Shown here in pieces: positions 1 to 13,236 of a stretch of 64,000 nt of DNA. The stretch is from Basidiobolus meristosporus CBS 931.73 (lineage: Eukaryota; Fungi; Basidiobolomycota), in NCBI GenBank assembly GCA_002104905.1, contig MCFE01000362.1, positions 23,324-87,323 on the forward strand, read 5' to 3'. Within the stretch, counting starts at the first letter, position 1. Every line of letters begins with the position of its first letter. The position numbers and the translations under genes are program-made. Below the pieces are notes generated by a model that saw nothing but the letters and a program-made list of their open reading frames with translations, did no database searches and was not told the DNA's origin.

Positions 1-196
1 GATTTGCACGAGTAGGGCAACTGTTCTAGTCATGATGAACATTGTTTTCCAACAAACGGCGGTGTTTCGTCCTTTTATCGACCGACAGCCACCGACTACT
101 ACATCTGCTTCCAGCTCCTAACAGACAGCAATGACTGATCGCTTCTTGATAGACGACAACTCCGATGTAGATCGGGGATATATACGCACCCACCAT
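1..196 (-). CDS. Possible 5' end of a spliced gene running off the left edge, product unknown
   Basis: ATG at 196, then a putative intron GTGGGT...TTAG (193-118), then an open frame ELEADVVVGGCRSIKGRNT... to the window edge. Divergent from TAN1. No family recognised. Confidence 0.3.
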
Positions 197-363
197 GTTG
201 ATCCAACAAGTTCATTTATGGCATTCGAATTTCGCAGTTTACCGTAACCTGTGTTGGATTGACTGCTTTAATGAATTTCACTTGAAATCCGGATCAACAA
301 GAAAAAAAATTTGCCAGATTATTTACTAAACAGAATCCGCGAGCGGATGGATCATCCGAAGCC

Positions 364-1567
364 ATGTCTGGAGCGAAGAGACCTTTCCAAACCAAGAGTA
401 CACAAAAGAAGAAGCGCGCCAAGAAGTACGCTTGCTCTAAAGTGAGGGGTCTTTGTATTAGTTGTTCGCTCCTGCGACGTGCTAAAGGTGGTTTTGTTTT
501 GAAGGAGAAGTATGCCAATCCTGGAAGCTTCCAAGTAGACCCCGGGGTATTCGGTTTCTTCGTAACTTGTCCACGCCACAAAGAGAGGGCATGCGTGAGT
601 GAGATGTACGCGGTGCTGAGTGAGGTACGACCTGGTTGGTGGTGTTTTCAAAAGAAGGAAGTGTTCATGTGTCGTATATTAGTACGCCGACAAGTTGTAC
701 CCCAGCGAGAGCCAAGAGATCGAAGAGAAGGAGGTGACTTCTGTTGAGGACGAAATTGCAAACGAACTTGCAGAAATGAAAAAGACCGCTCATAAGGACA
801 AGCGCTTTGCGAATCTGAATACCCAAGTTGACTGCGGTACTCCCTTGTTTCTCCTTTTAATAGCATATAGTTTAGGACCGCCTACTGACGTCTATGCGTA
901 GTTGTTTTCATCAAAACCAAGGAACCCATCGTTCCTACCGATCTTGCTGCCTACATTCTAAAGGACCTCAAAGAGACTGGAGTCAAGAAAACTAGGTAGG
1001 AGGGGGGATGGAGCGAACTGTATAGGGCACTTAATTTAGCTCAACATTTCCCCAGGTTTGCACTGAGACTGATCCCAATTTCGAACACCTGCTATGCAAA
1101 CATGAGCGATATCGAGGCTGCCGCCAAGAAATTACTCGCACCACACTTTCATGGCGAGAATCAGGAGCCGGTCACTGTAAACCCGATTTTTTAACTGTTG
1201 ACTTCGAGCTATAGCTCACCTTTTCCTCCCCAGTATGCAATTGTGCCCAAGATTCGCAACAACAGCAAGATTGATAGAGATGAGCTCATCAAATCAGTCG
1301 CCGGACTAGTTGGCGATAAACACAAAGTTAACCTCGAGAAACCCGACTTTGTGATTATCATCGAGATCTTCAAGGTAATCGAGACTGCTGGGCCCCTCCA
1401 AACCACAGCATACTTACATCCTTCTATTTGTGTAGAGTATATGTGGAATAAGTGTTGTCAAGGACTACTATGAACTCAAGAAATTCAATCTTCAAGTTTT
1501 ATTCGAGTCGCTCAAACAGCCCAAGGCCGTCGAGGACAAGGCTGTCGAGGCCTCTTCTGAGGCTTAA
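364..1567 (+). CDS. TAN1: THUMP-domain tRNA-modification adaptor (Tan1/THUMPD1), 7 exons
   Basis: Spliced by eye using GT-AG introns 442-504, 625-682, 837-901, 996-1055, 1177-1233, 1375-1435. Motifs GFFVTCPRHKERAC, RFALRLIPISNTCYANM, YAIVPKIRNN...HKVNLEKPDFVIIIEIFKSICGISVVKDYYELKKFNL. Confidence 0.92.
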
Positions 1568-1900
1568 TCACCATGAATAAAGATAGACAAGGCCGTGCTG
1601 GCCCCTTTCATACACTATTCGTCGCAGTCGCAGTCAGACACATACCCACGCCCCAAATTATGTGCAAATTCTATCCCCACAATGCCCCGGACTGATTTGG
1701 CTACACTCCCCAACCTCGTGTTTAAGCAGTGCTAGCAACTCAGGAATGGTTAACGTACCCAACACAACCCACCGTAAAATTTTTTCAACTAGTGGATTTC
1801 TTATTTGGGGGTCATATGACATGATCACTAAGTTGACTCGCCCTGCAAGTGCATCCCTTCGGTTCTCTTTCCTTGCACGCAACATATCCAAATCATCAAC

Positions 1901-2305
1901 ATGAACTCTGCCTGTCGTATTGTTGCTCGTCGCGCCTACTCCACTCGCTCTTACATCCCTCCCAACCTTGCCAGCGCAGTCAGATCTGCTGGGCCCAAAG
2001 CTGAGACTGGTGATTTGTCTGGTTTAGTAGAATTTTATAAGAGAATTCCCAAGGGTGCCGCCGAGGCCGCAAAGCCCACCAACTGGCTCGCCCGCTACCG
2101 TGCCAAATACTGGGAGGGTGACAACGCTTCCTTCACCCCCATCCTTCACGGCATGCTCTTGGTCGGCGGTCTCCACTACGCTCTTGCTTACAAATTCCAT
2201 CTTAGTAAGTCACCCCGGATATGTTTTGGACTCGCATGAATATGGAACTAAACGTGCCTATTTTCCCCCCTTACAGAGCATCACAAGAACGTTGAGCACC
2301 ATTAG
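1901..2305 (+). CDS. ATP17: Mitochondrial ATP synthase subunit f
   Basis: RAYSTRSYIPPNLAS...LVEFYKRIPKG...RYRAKYWEGDNASFTPILH...HYALAYKFHL; intron 2205-2276; C-terminus KHHKNVEHH-stop is typical of fungal subunit f. Confidence 0.93.
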
Positions 2306-2698
2306 CCCGAGGCTCCCCAACACAAACCGCCCCCGCCTGAATAAGTTTTCCTTTTAGAACTGGAACTGCCACGTTGTTTCCCTCTGAAGACTAGTTTGCT
2401 TATTTCTCCACGGTCGCTCATTACCCACCTTCTATCCCATATCATTTGACTTTTCCCCAGATGCATTGATTAAAATACATACTTCCAAATGAACCTATGG
2501 TTGCTCTACATCGTGCCATACGGCCTCAACCCTCCTGGATCGCTCGCCTCGATCCAGAGTAACATTTCGATTCATCTGGATCGGTCAAATGGCTGGCAAG
2601 TTGAGATGTACCTTAGTTGGGGCTACAGTCATCATGAATCCACCTAGTCAAATGAAATAAGGGAGAGATTAGATTCTCGGTAGTATATTAACCCACCG

Positions 2699-4212
2699 AT
2701 GTTTGTCCCAAGGCCCATACTATTCAGAAACCATCCCAACATCAAGTTTCTTTGCAGGTTAAACCTCACCAGGACCATGGTTGCGTTGAACCACACGGCT
2801 GGTAATTCTTTCAGAGTGCTTCCACCCCACCGGCAATTCTTAACCCTTATCTTCTGGCTGAAGTCATTGCCGAAACCACCGGCCATTCCCCCGACCTGAA
2901 CGGGGCCTACCCGTTCAACCTGAAGGATAGTCAGCTCAGCCCGAACGATTTCCTGATCCAGTATCCACCAGGTTTGTGCCTGAAGGGGTGGGGGGTTGTG
3001 CGGTTTTTTCGGAGAGTTGACCATGTTACCAAATGCACCGATTTTAGGGGCGTACACTGCCTGTCGAACCTTGGGCCACAACTCCATCGTGGAGTTTGAC
3101 TCCCACATGACCCGTATCGCCAACTCCGTAAAGTACTATGATTTCAGCGAGGGCTCGGCATCCGAGCAGGCCCAAGAGCTCTCGGCCAAATTCCACCTTT
3201 TCAAGCATGTGGGTAGCGTTCGGAAGATCTTGGTTCCCATGATGAAGGGGGCTTTGCTCCGGTATTTCGAGCTCCTGGGCGAGAGCAAGGAGGAGGCGAA
3301 GATAACGCTCATCGTCTGTGCGAAGGTAAGGTGGTGGTTTGGGGAGAGGCCGAGGTTTCATTGAAGCGGGGATATAAACACGTCTCTTTTCATCTTCCCG
3401 TAGGATGGTCACCCTTTCAGCGCGGTGCACGTCACCCGTTTGTCCGGGCCAAAATCCGGCAGATGCAAGGTAAACCCATCTCCCAGCATTTCCCTGGAAT
3501 TCGCTGAACTGATGCACTTCAGGTCGCGGTGCATGGCGAGCCCCGAAACTCGCCCAAGATCAAAGATTCCCAGTGGGTCAGGTTAGCCCTTCCATAGGAG
3601 ATCCTCGGGTGGGATAATCTTTTATTGAACAAGGGGTAATTTAGAGATCGACAATCCATCGAAGACGAACTACCCAGCGATGTCAACGAGGCGCTTCTCT
3701 ACGACTCCGCCACAGGACATGTGTACGAGGGGCTTAGCTCGAACTTCTTTGCGGTCGTCAAAGACCCTCAAAGCGGTGAACCAAAGGTGGTCACCGCTCC
3801 GGTGGAGCACGTCCTACTAGGCACCATCATGAAAATCGTGATCGCCACGTGCGAGAGAAACGGTATTCCGGTGGAGTTCACTTTCCCTAACCTAGGGGAC
3901 CTACTGAGCTTCAGATGGGAAGGCGCTTTCATCACAAGTACGTATACGACCAACTCAACACTTGCACCATTGCCACCCACTGAAACCCCCGCCCCACCTT
4001 GCTTGCTAGGCACCTCCAGATTAGTCCTCCCTATTGAGACGGTGGAGTTTCCCGACGGAAGGTTAGTGCCCATCGTCTGCACACCAAGCTCGCAAACCTT
4101 GTGCTCACCCATTTCTAGCTCGTCAGTTCGTCTGGGCGACTGCCCCACGGTGGAGTTTCTTCGTCAGGAAGTGGAGAAGGAAATCTACACCAGATCCCAT
4201 AGAATCATGTAA
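2699..4212 (+). CDS. Class IV (D-amino-acid aminotransferase-like) PLP-dependent enzyme, multi-exon; start approximate
   Basis: Spliced motifs YPP|GAYTACRT, FDSHMTRIANS, PRNSPKIKDSQWVR, VNEALL...VYEGLSSNFFAV, VLLGTIMKIV, WEGAFITS|TSRLVLPI. First exon not resolved. Confidence 0.85.
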
Positions 4213-4495
4213 ATCGATAGGAAACATCAAGTGTCAAATAAACCCTGAATTTGTTCATCTTAATCAAATCCCATCTAACATCCCACACAACACAACACAC
4301 CCTGAGGAGCATGATCCAAATGAATTCTATCCAATCGTCGATTGACAACCCGGGAACTTCCAACTCACCCTCGATCTCAGTGAAGCCATGTTGGGTCCGA
4401 TCAACCATAACTACTTGTCACTGGTGTTGGAACAACCTTACCCTAGAAAAAGCTCCTTATTCCTCAGTGGTGAGCCTTTGAAAACAGCCTTCCTT

Positions 4496-4524
4496 CCACC
4501 ACCACCACCACCACCACCACCACC
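4496..4524 (+). repeat. (CCA)n microsatellite upstream of SEC66
   Basis: About 9 tandem CCA units, directly visible. Confidence 0.9.
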
Positions 4525-4554
4525 TAGCCAAACCACAGTACCAACAGAAACAGC

Positions 4555-5248
4555 ATGTCTTTCGTACTCGCCTCAGGATACGTAGCCGGATGGGCGGTCA
4601 TGTTCGGCACCTTCGTCGCCTGCTACCATCGCAGAAAGGCTTTGGGTAAATATACGTTGGCTTGCTCGTCTTCTCTGGGCCCGACCCAGGGTGCACCACA
4701 ACCCCACTCACCAATTGCTTTATTCCCTAGCTAGAAACAAGTTGGACCCTTGGTTCCCAGAACACACCACCCGTAACCACTACTACGCCCTCGTGGAGCT
4801 TAAGCCAGAGGCGGACGAGTTCCAGCTGAAGGCAGCCCTGCTGCGTCGTGCCATGACCGACGTGGAGAGGATCATGGAGCTTCAAAGCAGCAAAGGTCCC
4901 CTCCAACAGCTGGTCAAGACCGGTGCCATCGGGGAGGACGTGTGGAACCAGTTCGAGGCGGCCGAGAAGGACATGGAGGGCGAGCTCATGGAGGTAGTCA
5001 ACGAGGCCAACACCTTTAAGGAGGGCTGGGGCCAACAGATCTTCCCCCAAGCTTCCGACATGGTGGCCCACGAGCGCCAGAAAGCGTTGCGCAAGGATCT
5101 TGACGAGCAGATGCAAGTGGAGCAAGAGGTGAGATTGCGCTTCGAGGCCAAGGACAAGATCCGCCGCGAGGAGGAGTCCAAAAAGGCGTACGAGGAGCTG
5201 CTGCGCGAGGAGTCCAAAGCTGCTGGTAAGATGAAGGCCAAGAACTGA
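4555..5248 (+). CDS. SEC66: Sec62/63 translocon subunit Sec66/Sec71
   Basis: N-terminal TM exon MSFVLASGYVAGWAVMFGTFVACYHRRK, intron 4646-4730, then PWFPEHTTRNHYYAL...LKAALLRRAMTDVERI...GAIGEDVWNQF...EVVNEANTFKEGWGQQIFPQASDM. Confidence 0.92.
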
Positions 5249-5810
5249 TCTAACCTCACCTTCACCTTCACCCTCACCCTACATCCCATCCCAATCTAAT
5301 CTCGGCCCTCACACAGCCCCCTCTCCCCAACTGTAACCGCATCCGATATTCACTTAGCACCCAAATGCTTCGAAATCCCTTCAAAGTCTCTTATGCAATA
5401 TATCTTGGACCCTTTGATTGTTGATGCTATCGCCACTTGGCCATCTCTTTTTTTACCTCCCCCCCCCAATAAACCATGATCAATACGGACACGGATGATG
5501 CTGAGGGATTCACTTTACTTGGCGAGCAGGTGTGGTGTACATGACGAAGTGGGTGGCAATGGTGCAGGAGGAATACATCTTTGTGGGATGGGGAGGCATT
5601 AGTGGGCTGATAATACGAGCGGGGGGATATATGAAAGTGATACAAAAATTACAATTACATAGATGTTGTGGAGAGTAATGGCTTGTGTGCGTAGATGGAT
5701 TAGTGAGAAGAGGGGGATTAATGATAGATAGTGGTGGGAGATTCGTGCGGTGAATTTTCGTATATAACATGGGAACTTTCGTTCGCAGTCTAGGTGAGGT
5801 GCTGTGACGA

Positions 5811-7285
5811 TCAGACCTTGACCGGTGGTTCGCCAAGCTCCTGCATGATTTGGACTAGGTTCAGACTGTTGACGCTTCCCTCATCGCGGGGGACAAGCTT
5901 GGGCTTGTTTGGGTTCTTGACCTAGGGACACAGGATCAGTTAATTGACTTTCTCACCGAGATGGCCGGACCTCCACGATTACCTCTATAGTATTCAATCG
6001 GGTGGATGTCAAGCTGATCTTCAACGTCTCCGTAGAGTTGATTAACGCCTCGAAATTCTTGGCTTTTTCCGGATCAACCTGGGATGCGTTTCGTCTTAAC
6101 GACTGCGGTCGAGATACACCGTACGTAGAGAGAACTTACCGGTGACGGGCTAACCGATCTGGCCCTGTTGCATTCGGGGATCTGGAGACTCAGAGGGGAG
6201 GTGGCCGACTCGAGCGACTTTGAGATTTTCGTGGACTGCCGACCACTGAACAAAAAGTCCTCTATCGAGGAGCGAGGGGAGACGAAGCTGTTGGATATGG
6301 GGACTCCCTTCACACGGCTCCCCTTGAATCCCCCGAAAATCTTCGCAAATGCCCCACGATCCCGACCCCGGGCGGACTCGTCCGAGCTTCTGGGGCTAAT
6401 ATCTTCCTCGCAATCGAAGTCAGACAAGCTATCGCTATCAACGGAAGAACCTGCGAAGATGGCCATCGATTAGCACTAGACGTCACATGTGAGTCCCTCG
6501 GCGCTAGCCAAACTTACTGCTTGATCTCTCGAACTTGGGCCCAAATCGTTCGGCCCTTCGGATCTATATGGAGGAGCTGGTGAGTACGGTGGATGCCTTC
6601 CAGGCCATTCGATCTGCCATTACCTCAAGACCGTCCACCAAACTTGACCGGGTGTAAATCCCACGAATCTCCTTGTTGGTCTTCACCGCCTCCTCAAACA
6701 GCTTGCTATCCACACACTCGACCTGGGAATTTCTGGCCAACAGCACCGCCTCCACAATCAGGAAGGTGGCGATATGCTCCATGATGCCGCACAGAAATGC
6801 TGCGGTCTTCGAGGTGATTAAAGCATGCCCTTTCGGGACGAATCCGCAACTTGTCCCCATGGTGTTGTAAATCGAGCACTGGGCACGGGCTGTATCAACG
6901 ATGGTGGACAAAGGGAGTTGCCCCTGGGGGAACTCGCGAGGGTCGCTCTTCAGGCTGGATTGGCTGAGGAAGCTCTCCCCGTTGGAAATCGCGTTCACCG
7001 CCAAAGAGCCTTGGGAACAGAGGCGACGAAGGGTGGCGGGGAGCGTTGTATAGGAAAGCTTGTTATCGGGGGAAGATTTAACCAGCACGTAGAGCACCTC
7101 GTCTAGGAACACGTTGAGGAGTTGAATGGAGGTGCGGGACATTTTGAACGCGCCATATTTACTAGCTACCGCCCGGGCCGAACGAAACGAGACAAACACA
7201 AAGTCAGGAACTAAAATGGAACGGGTCAACACAGGAACGGATCAACCTCGCATCTCGAAATACCTTTCATCTGAGCTACCGTCAT
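5811..7285 (-). CDS. Uncharacterised conserved fungal protein with histone-fold-like N-terminal region, about 6 exons
   Basis: FVSFRSARAV...SIQLLNVFLDEVLY...TAAFLCGIMEHIATFLI...; C-terminal motif NFEALINSTETLKISLTSTRLNTIE; consistent GT-AG introns; stop at 5811-5813. Start exon (ATG 7285) is inferred. Confidence 0.7.
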
Positions 7286-7950
7286 GGTACCAAGGAATCA
7301 CTTTACTGCTACTGAATCCAATTGTCCAATGTATTCAAGGCTAAACCCAGGAATATCGAAAGGCAGAATAATCCCCTGGCAAAATCAGCCGGCCACTCTT
7401 CTGGAGGTCCGTCTTTTAACAGGACCAAGCTGGGCATCACCTGATCGCATCTCAGGCTGAATATGGCGGCTGTCACACGAGCATTTATGACCATGGCCTA
7501 ATCGGGGACCCACGTTAATTGGTCCTACGATCCTCCCCATATGAAGGAAAGGTTGGGTGGGTTGATTGGAGACGGTGCTTGGGCTAAACATTTGTAAAAC
7601 GAGAGCTGGATAACTGCGATGCACCACCCAAATTGCTTTCGTATGGGACACAAAGATTTGCTGGCGGTATCTCTGGTGTCGGATGCCAATACGGCTGGTG
7701 ATTTGAAACCAAGCCATCTGTTCACAAAGGATGATCGTTTCAGTCGTGCTCGCCTTTTCTGGACATTCTAGGCACCAACCAGTGTTGTTCAGGACGGAGC
7801 GATGGTGCTGCTCTGATATCTACAGCAGAAGAGGGGGCGTTCATTCGCTGATTGAAGTGGGTTCTTTATTACTCTTGGCCGAAATACAGCTGAATGTTGG
7901 GTGGTTTCAAAATAACCAGTTTTCAATAAATGTTGAATGCAATGCCATTG

Positions 7951-10883
7951 TCAAATTGGTTTGGTCTCAATTGCATCTTCCAGGATGCCGAACTCTTGCT
8001 TGATTTGCGAGATGTGTCGATCCCGTTTGGCCTGGACCACGGAGCGCTTGATCAATGGCTTCAGGGAAACAAATGCGGTCTACAAACGTACGCTTACTAT
8101 GCATGTCCACAGATGAGGGGCGTACCAGGACTTACCTTTATCAGTTGATCTACTTGATATGTGCTGAAGGTCATTGATTTGAGATAGCCGTACATGCTGG
8201 CGCTGGTTTGGCATTTGAGCAGTTTTTTCTCGTTGACCTTAAGTAGTGCGATTGCCACTCGGAAAAGGGTGATCATTCCCTGCAGGAAAAATATGTCCCA
8301 TACTCGGAACAGCGTTTCCACCGGGAAACAATCCGTATAGATCGACAGAAACCAGCTGAATGTCACGGCACCAAGATCTACCCCTAGCTTACGAAAGTGC
8401 TCGTGTAAGCGAGGGAGGATCTCTTTTACCAACTCCTTCAGAACGCGTTGATCCGCTTGGGATACCAATAGTTGTCCAGTGTAGTAGTCTGGCGGGAGAA
8501 TATGCTCCAATATACACACAAGCGTCCAGAAAGCATCTTCTTCGTTGGATTGCGTTAGCAACAAGGTCGCGGCGATTAAGTTCATCCCTTGACAGTATCC
8601 AATGGAGGGATTGTGCCTACACGGGAAAGCTCGTTAGCCTAGGAAGAAGGCAGTCAGGGATTGGGAATCCTACCAGCTGTAGGCCACGAGTATCCTTCGC
8701 AGCTTTTCCACTCCATTTCCGTTTTCTCCGAAGAAAATGTTGTTGGGAAGCGTTCGATGTAGATCCTTATGATACGAAAGGGGGCAACGTTAGTGGGTCC
8801 GCTATCACCCAATTGCACAAAGGGATAAGAGGGTGGAGTGGGCAGTCCGATTGCGACATGACAAAAAACCAAATGCTTCGAGACATACCAGTTCGATTTG
8901 TCCCAAAAATACGGATTCTTGACCTTCGTGTCGAGCCAAGAGGGCAGAATAATATCCTGGCTCTTTACGTTCAAACGCACCAGAGCATTCTCCCCAGATT
9001 TTTGCTCTGTACACCGCTGGAATGCCACCACGAATCAACTTCTTGAATTCCTTGTATTCCACTTCCCCCATTCTAGCAAGGCACAGCCCTTCAACTATGA
9101 CCGTTTCGCCATCATCGCTGATCTCCTTGGCCACTGCAGCTTTTCTTCGCTCGATGAAGATATCCCACTTGTCTTTTTGAGGAGCCTCGGGAATGTCTTG
9201 GGTGTCGATCAATTGAGAAAGTAGCACATGCGGGTTGTGCACAGAGTCTGAGCTTTGCGCAGCTCTGGCCGTTGGTAGAGTCGGTGAGGTCGAGGGAGAG
9301 TGAATGACAAGTCCCTTATTTCCGGTAGAGCTCGGTAGCGAAGAGTCGAAATAAAAGCCGTAACGGTCCGTGGGATATGGTGCCTCCTGTCTAACGAGGG
9401 ATAATTGGGAGTATCGGTTGATGGGTTTGAGTTCCAGAAGAGTGGCTTTGTCTTGGCCTTTTTGGGCGTTAACCACAGGTTTGATCACCGAGTCGCTCAC
9501 TAATAGGCTTTGCTTCGCCTTAACATGATTCACCTCTGGTACGCTGGGTAACTCATCCATAGTGGTACGATCATCAAGCTCAAAATTATCAAGATAAACG
9601 GAGTTTCTAGATCTTACATTAAGTTCTCGACAAAACGCCGTTTCACTCCCCGGGAATGTGTTGAAGATGCTTGGTTTTCGCTTTTTTTCTCCATTGAGCA
9701 AGCCAATGGTCCAGCGAGCGATCAAATTGGATGTTCTTTTCGAGTAGAGCTTGTCAGATGAGCTGCCATCCACGCTTAGTAGTCTGGCTGCCAGCGTAAT
9801 GGCCTTATAATGGAGGGGTTGTGGTACAGGTTCGAGGTTTGATGAGGTGAATATGTCTTCTAATGATAGTGCTTGGTTTGAGCAAGGGGCCTTGGCTTGC
9901 CAGTTGCCACTGCCTTCATCTACGGAAGAGGAATAGACATCAGGGAAAAGTGTTGATCTACTGCCGTTAGTACTAGGTTCTCGACACTCCTTGGGGTCTG
10001 GTAAACCATGTACTGCGCTATTGGTGTCCTCAGCTGCGTTTGGCGCTGTCTTTGATTTCCATTGAAGAAGGCCCACTGTCCATTTTTCTATGGACGCTCG
10101 AACTGGCATTTGAAATCGAGGAGAACGAAGTGGAGAGGGTAGACTGTTGGATTTTGAGGGGCTTTTGGTATATGTTAATTGCGTAGAGGAGGCTGAAAGT
10201 GAGCTGGATCGACGAAAAGGCGTACCAGGGGCAGAGGAGGAAGGCTGCTTCTGAACAGTCTCGGCAGGGAGATTATGAGAATCCCCATCCGGAAACCAGT
10301 CAGAATCCGTATCTATCTCAGGATCTAGTGGCTTTTGAGTAGTAGGTACAAAAGGATGTTTGTGGAGATGCTTGTTAAGGTACGAGTCGCTGGTGGAATG
10401 CTTTAATCGGGACCACTCCTCTCGAATATTTTTAATCTCTGTTTCTTTTTCGGCGATCAGGTTATGTGCTCGACGGAGGTCTGAGCAGCAGGATTTAAGG
10501 ATACGCCGAATCAGAGCCGGCGAGCTTGTGGCGACCAGTTTGTTGAGAGCTGCATCTGAGAGTAGATGGATGTTCGAGAAAGGCAGTTGAGAATCGATAT
10601 CTGACTCTTCATCAAAACTGTGTAGATCTGAATCTTGAGTACTCACTGAGAAAGGTCGGCTGTATCTTTGCCCCTTGAAATCCACTGAGCCCGTATAACT
10701 GCAGCTATCGCTAATAGAATCGATGTCCAAGGGTCTATCGCTCTCGGTATCTGATTCGGATAATGGGTGTTTGTCGGTTGCCTTCGATAGCAGGCACGAT
10801 AGAGGAGAGGTTAGCAAGTTGGTATTCCTCTCACAAGCCGTGACCACAGAATTCGTAGCAGTGCTCGTGCTCGAATTTGACAT
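7951..10883 (-). CDS. TBC-domain Rab GTPase-activating protein with long low-complexity N-terminus
   Basis: LIRGGIPAVYRAKIW, QIEL|DLHRTLPNNIFF, LRRILVAYSW|HNPSIGYCQGMNLIAATLLL, EEDAFW, WFLSIY...TLFRVWDIFF. First Met at 10883; frame is open to 10958, so an upstream exon is possible. Confidence 0.9.
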
Positions 10884-11761
10884 TACTGTATTCTCGGATG
10901 GAGCGCTTTCACGGGATAACACAAGGCTGAATTTGAAGTGCGTTGGTTTGGAATTTCTTCAAAATATCCCCCTGAAGAAGTGGTGAAGCCAAGACACACC
11001 GGAAATGAAAGTGAGCAAGAATTTTTTGCGATATCAATGAGGTTGAAAGGAGATGGTGTGTATTTGTGCGTATCTAGTAGGAATACTAGAGAATGCGTAT
11101 TAGAATGAAGACTTGTTAAGTATTAGAAATGAATAAGATGAGGCAAAACTGGAGTAGAAAAGTCAGAGAATCGACCGTCGATATTTGATACGGACGTAAA
11201 CCAAAGTCGACTACAGATATTTAGCAGCAAGAAAGGCCAATGGAGGGCAAAGGGAGGTTAATTGTCCGATCTAAAATGTATATAGTATATTCATGGCTCT
11301 CGGTCTTATCCCTAATGAATCGTTCCTGGGCGATTGAAGGACAATATGGCAATTTAGTAATGGGAGTAGGATTTTGGGTTCGACAAGCGTAAAGGTGTAA
11401 AAGAGGTATTCTAGGTGGGAAGTCCCTATTTTGTGAGCCCATCCAACGTGAGATAATTTGTTAATGCAGATTGCATTCATCCGCCTAATAACATCATTCC
11501 CAATCAAATAGATCACCCTGACCAGTTACCATTTGAAACGGAAAATACTCTGACTAGCTCACCCAATATCAACAATAAATCGATTGACTGTTCATTTAAT
11601 TTACTGCGTATTCACCCATATTTATCAGTGGATGACAATACATATATATGCATTCAATCCCGCACTCAATCCCACGCTCAATTCAGATATAATTCTTGAC
11701 CTTCGCTACTAGACAGCTGGTCGTTGCGAGTTCGCATTTATTTTGAATCTATGGGAGTTTC

Positions 11762-13236
11762 TCAGAGTTCTAAAGCCTTGATTGCCATTCTAAGTGCGCC
11801 ATCTTTCGATTTGTTGCCGCCGATGAAGCCGCTGTGGTGCACAAACACGCAATCCTACACACGTTCGTTAGTGGGACAGGCCGTCCAAACGTCCAACAAT
11901 CAACTGACCTCAATCTGTGCTCTTTCGGACAATTCACTGTCGCGATATCCGCGCCAAGCTTCAGGGAGTGGGCGGCGTGACTCGAACGAATTGGGGGAGA
12001 CTGGCACAGCCTGGATTCTATAGGAGCTGTCGCGGCCGTCGGGGAATAATACGTAGATGGTCTTGTCCTCAATGCTTTTTTCCTTTTCGATTTCGAACAA
12101 GTGCTCCTAGAGAGACAGCGTTTACAACTTCGTCTTGTTATTGGGGATTCATGTGGTCACCAACCTTCCAGGGACATGGGCTATCCAGGATCAATATTTG
12201 GCCGCTATTATGAATTTCGTAGCGGCTGTCGACTGCTTTGACAACGATGTCTCGAGCTGGAAGCCAAGCAAACCCAAGGAATCTCAGCCTGTCAAGAAAT
12301 TCGGACCCCGCCAACTCCATAGCTTGCTCAAAACGTGCCTAGTATGGAATTCATAAGTTTGGAAGCCCAAGCGGGTGGATGAGTTGTAATTGTCACTTTA
12401 CATCAAGGTCAACGTCAGTTTGGTTCCACCAGGGGTTCAAGCGGCCAACACGGGCAGCAAGTCCGGTTTTTTCTTCGTATTTTGGCTCGACCTCTTGTGG
12501 GTATTGCGATATGCCATTGTCAATTCCATCCAACGCTTCCACAAAATCCTGATGATAATTAATCATCGTCCTGTAAGCACTCTGTGTATACCACTACTCG
12601 ACCAACCTTATACATTTTCTGATACAAGATCTCTACTTTCGGATCGTCTTTGGGAAGTTCAAGCTGCTTGGCAATGATCTCCTTTCCAAAATGTCTGCAG
12701 TGTAGGGATAAGTTTCATGCTTTGTTGAGAGAGTTTGCGGGAACCTACTTGTATACCAAACCGGCGCTGCTTAATTTCGTCTTGTATTCATTGGAGAAAA
12801 ACTCCAAAAATCCACGCTAAATGGACGAAGGAGGTAAACATAAACACGCCACTTTAACAAGCTGCGAAAAGAGCAGACCTGGTGGTGATCAAAGCGAAGT
12901 TCTTCGGGTTTGTACACGCCACCAACATCGATGACGGCGTCGCACTCAGCGAGCAACTTCTCGTCACGTGTGCGAAGGATCTCTGCAAAGGGTAAGTCAA
13001 AGCTGGTGCGAAAACCTCTACGACGAAAACCTACTAGCATCCTGGAAGCCCTCGGTGAGCTTGATCAAATAAAGCGCCAACGCCTCATCACTAAAACAGT
13101 TAGGCTACGGCAAGCATCCCAAAAAAACAAAAGAAAAGTACCAGTGGAAAGTGCCGCTATGCGTTCCGATAGTCTGCAAAAACCTGGTTAACGCGAGAAT
13201 TTTCGCAGTTTACTTGACACTACTTACCTTTGCCAT
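11762..13236 (-). CDS. MYG1: MYG1-family exonuclease, multi-exon
   Basis: MAK|[11 protein letters not shown]|[20 protein letters not shown]...[67 protein letters not shown]-stop. Confidence 0.95.

Noticed and set aside
5400-5800. ORFs 5427-5645 and 5510-5836, and a possible box C/D snoRNA
   Set aside because: Low-complexity region between convergent genes; box motifs incomplete and no terminal stem.
7300-7950. Short ORFs (7385-7717, 7309-7494, 7525-7725) as a separate small gene
   Set aside because: No recognisable motif and no splice model gave a coherent frame; probably promoter and 3' UTR.
11000-11720. ORFs 11221-11442 and 11271-11516
   Set aside because: No similarity or coding character; likely TBC promoter and 5' UTR.
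294-13191. Many antisense or overlapping ORFs over the real genes (e.g. 3044-3517, 4727-5125, 8360-9046)
   Set aside because: Shadow frames of GC-rich coding sequence.
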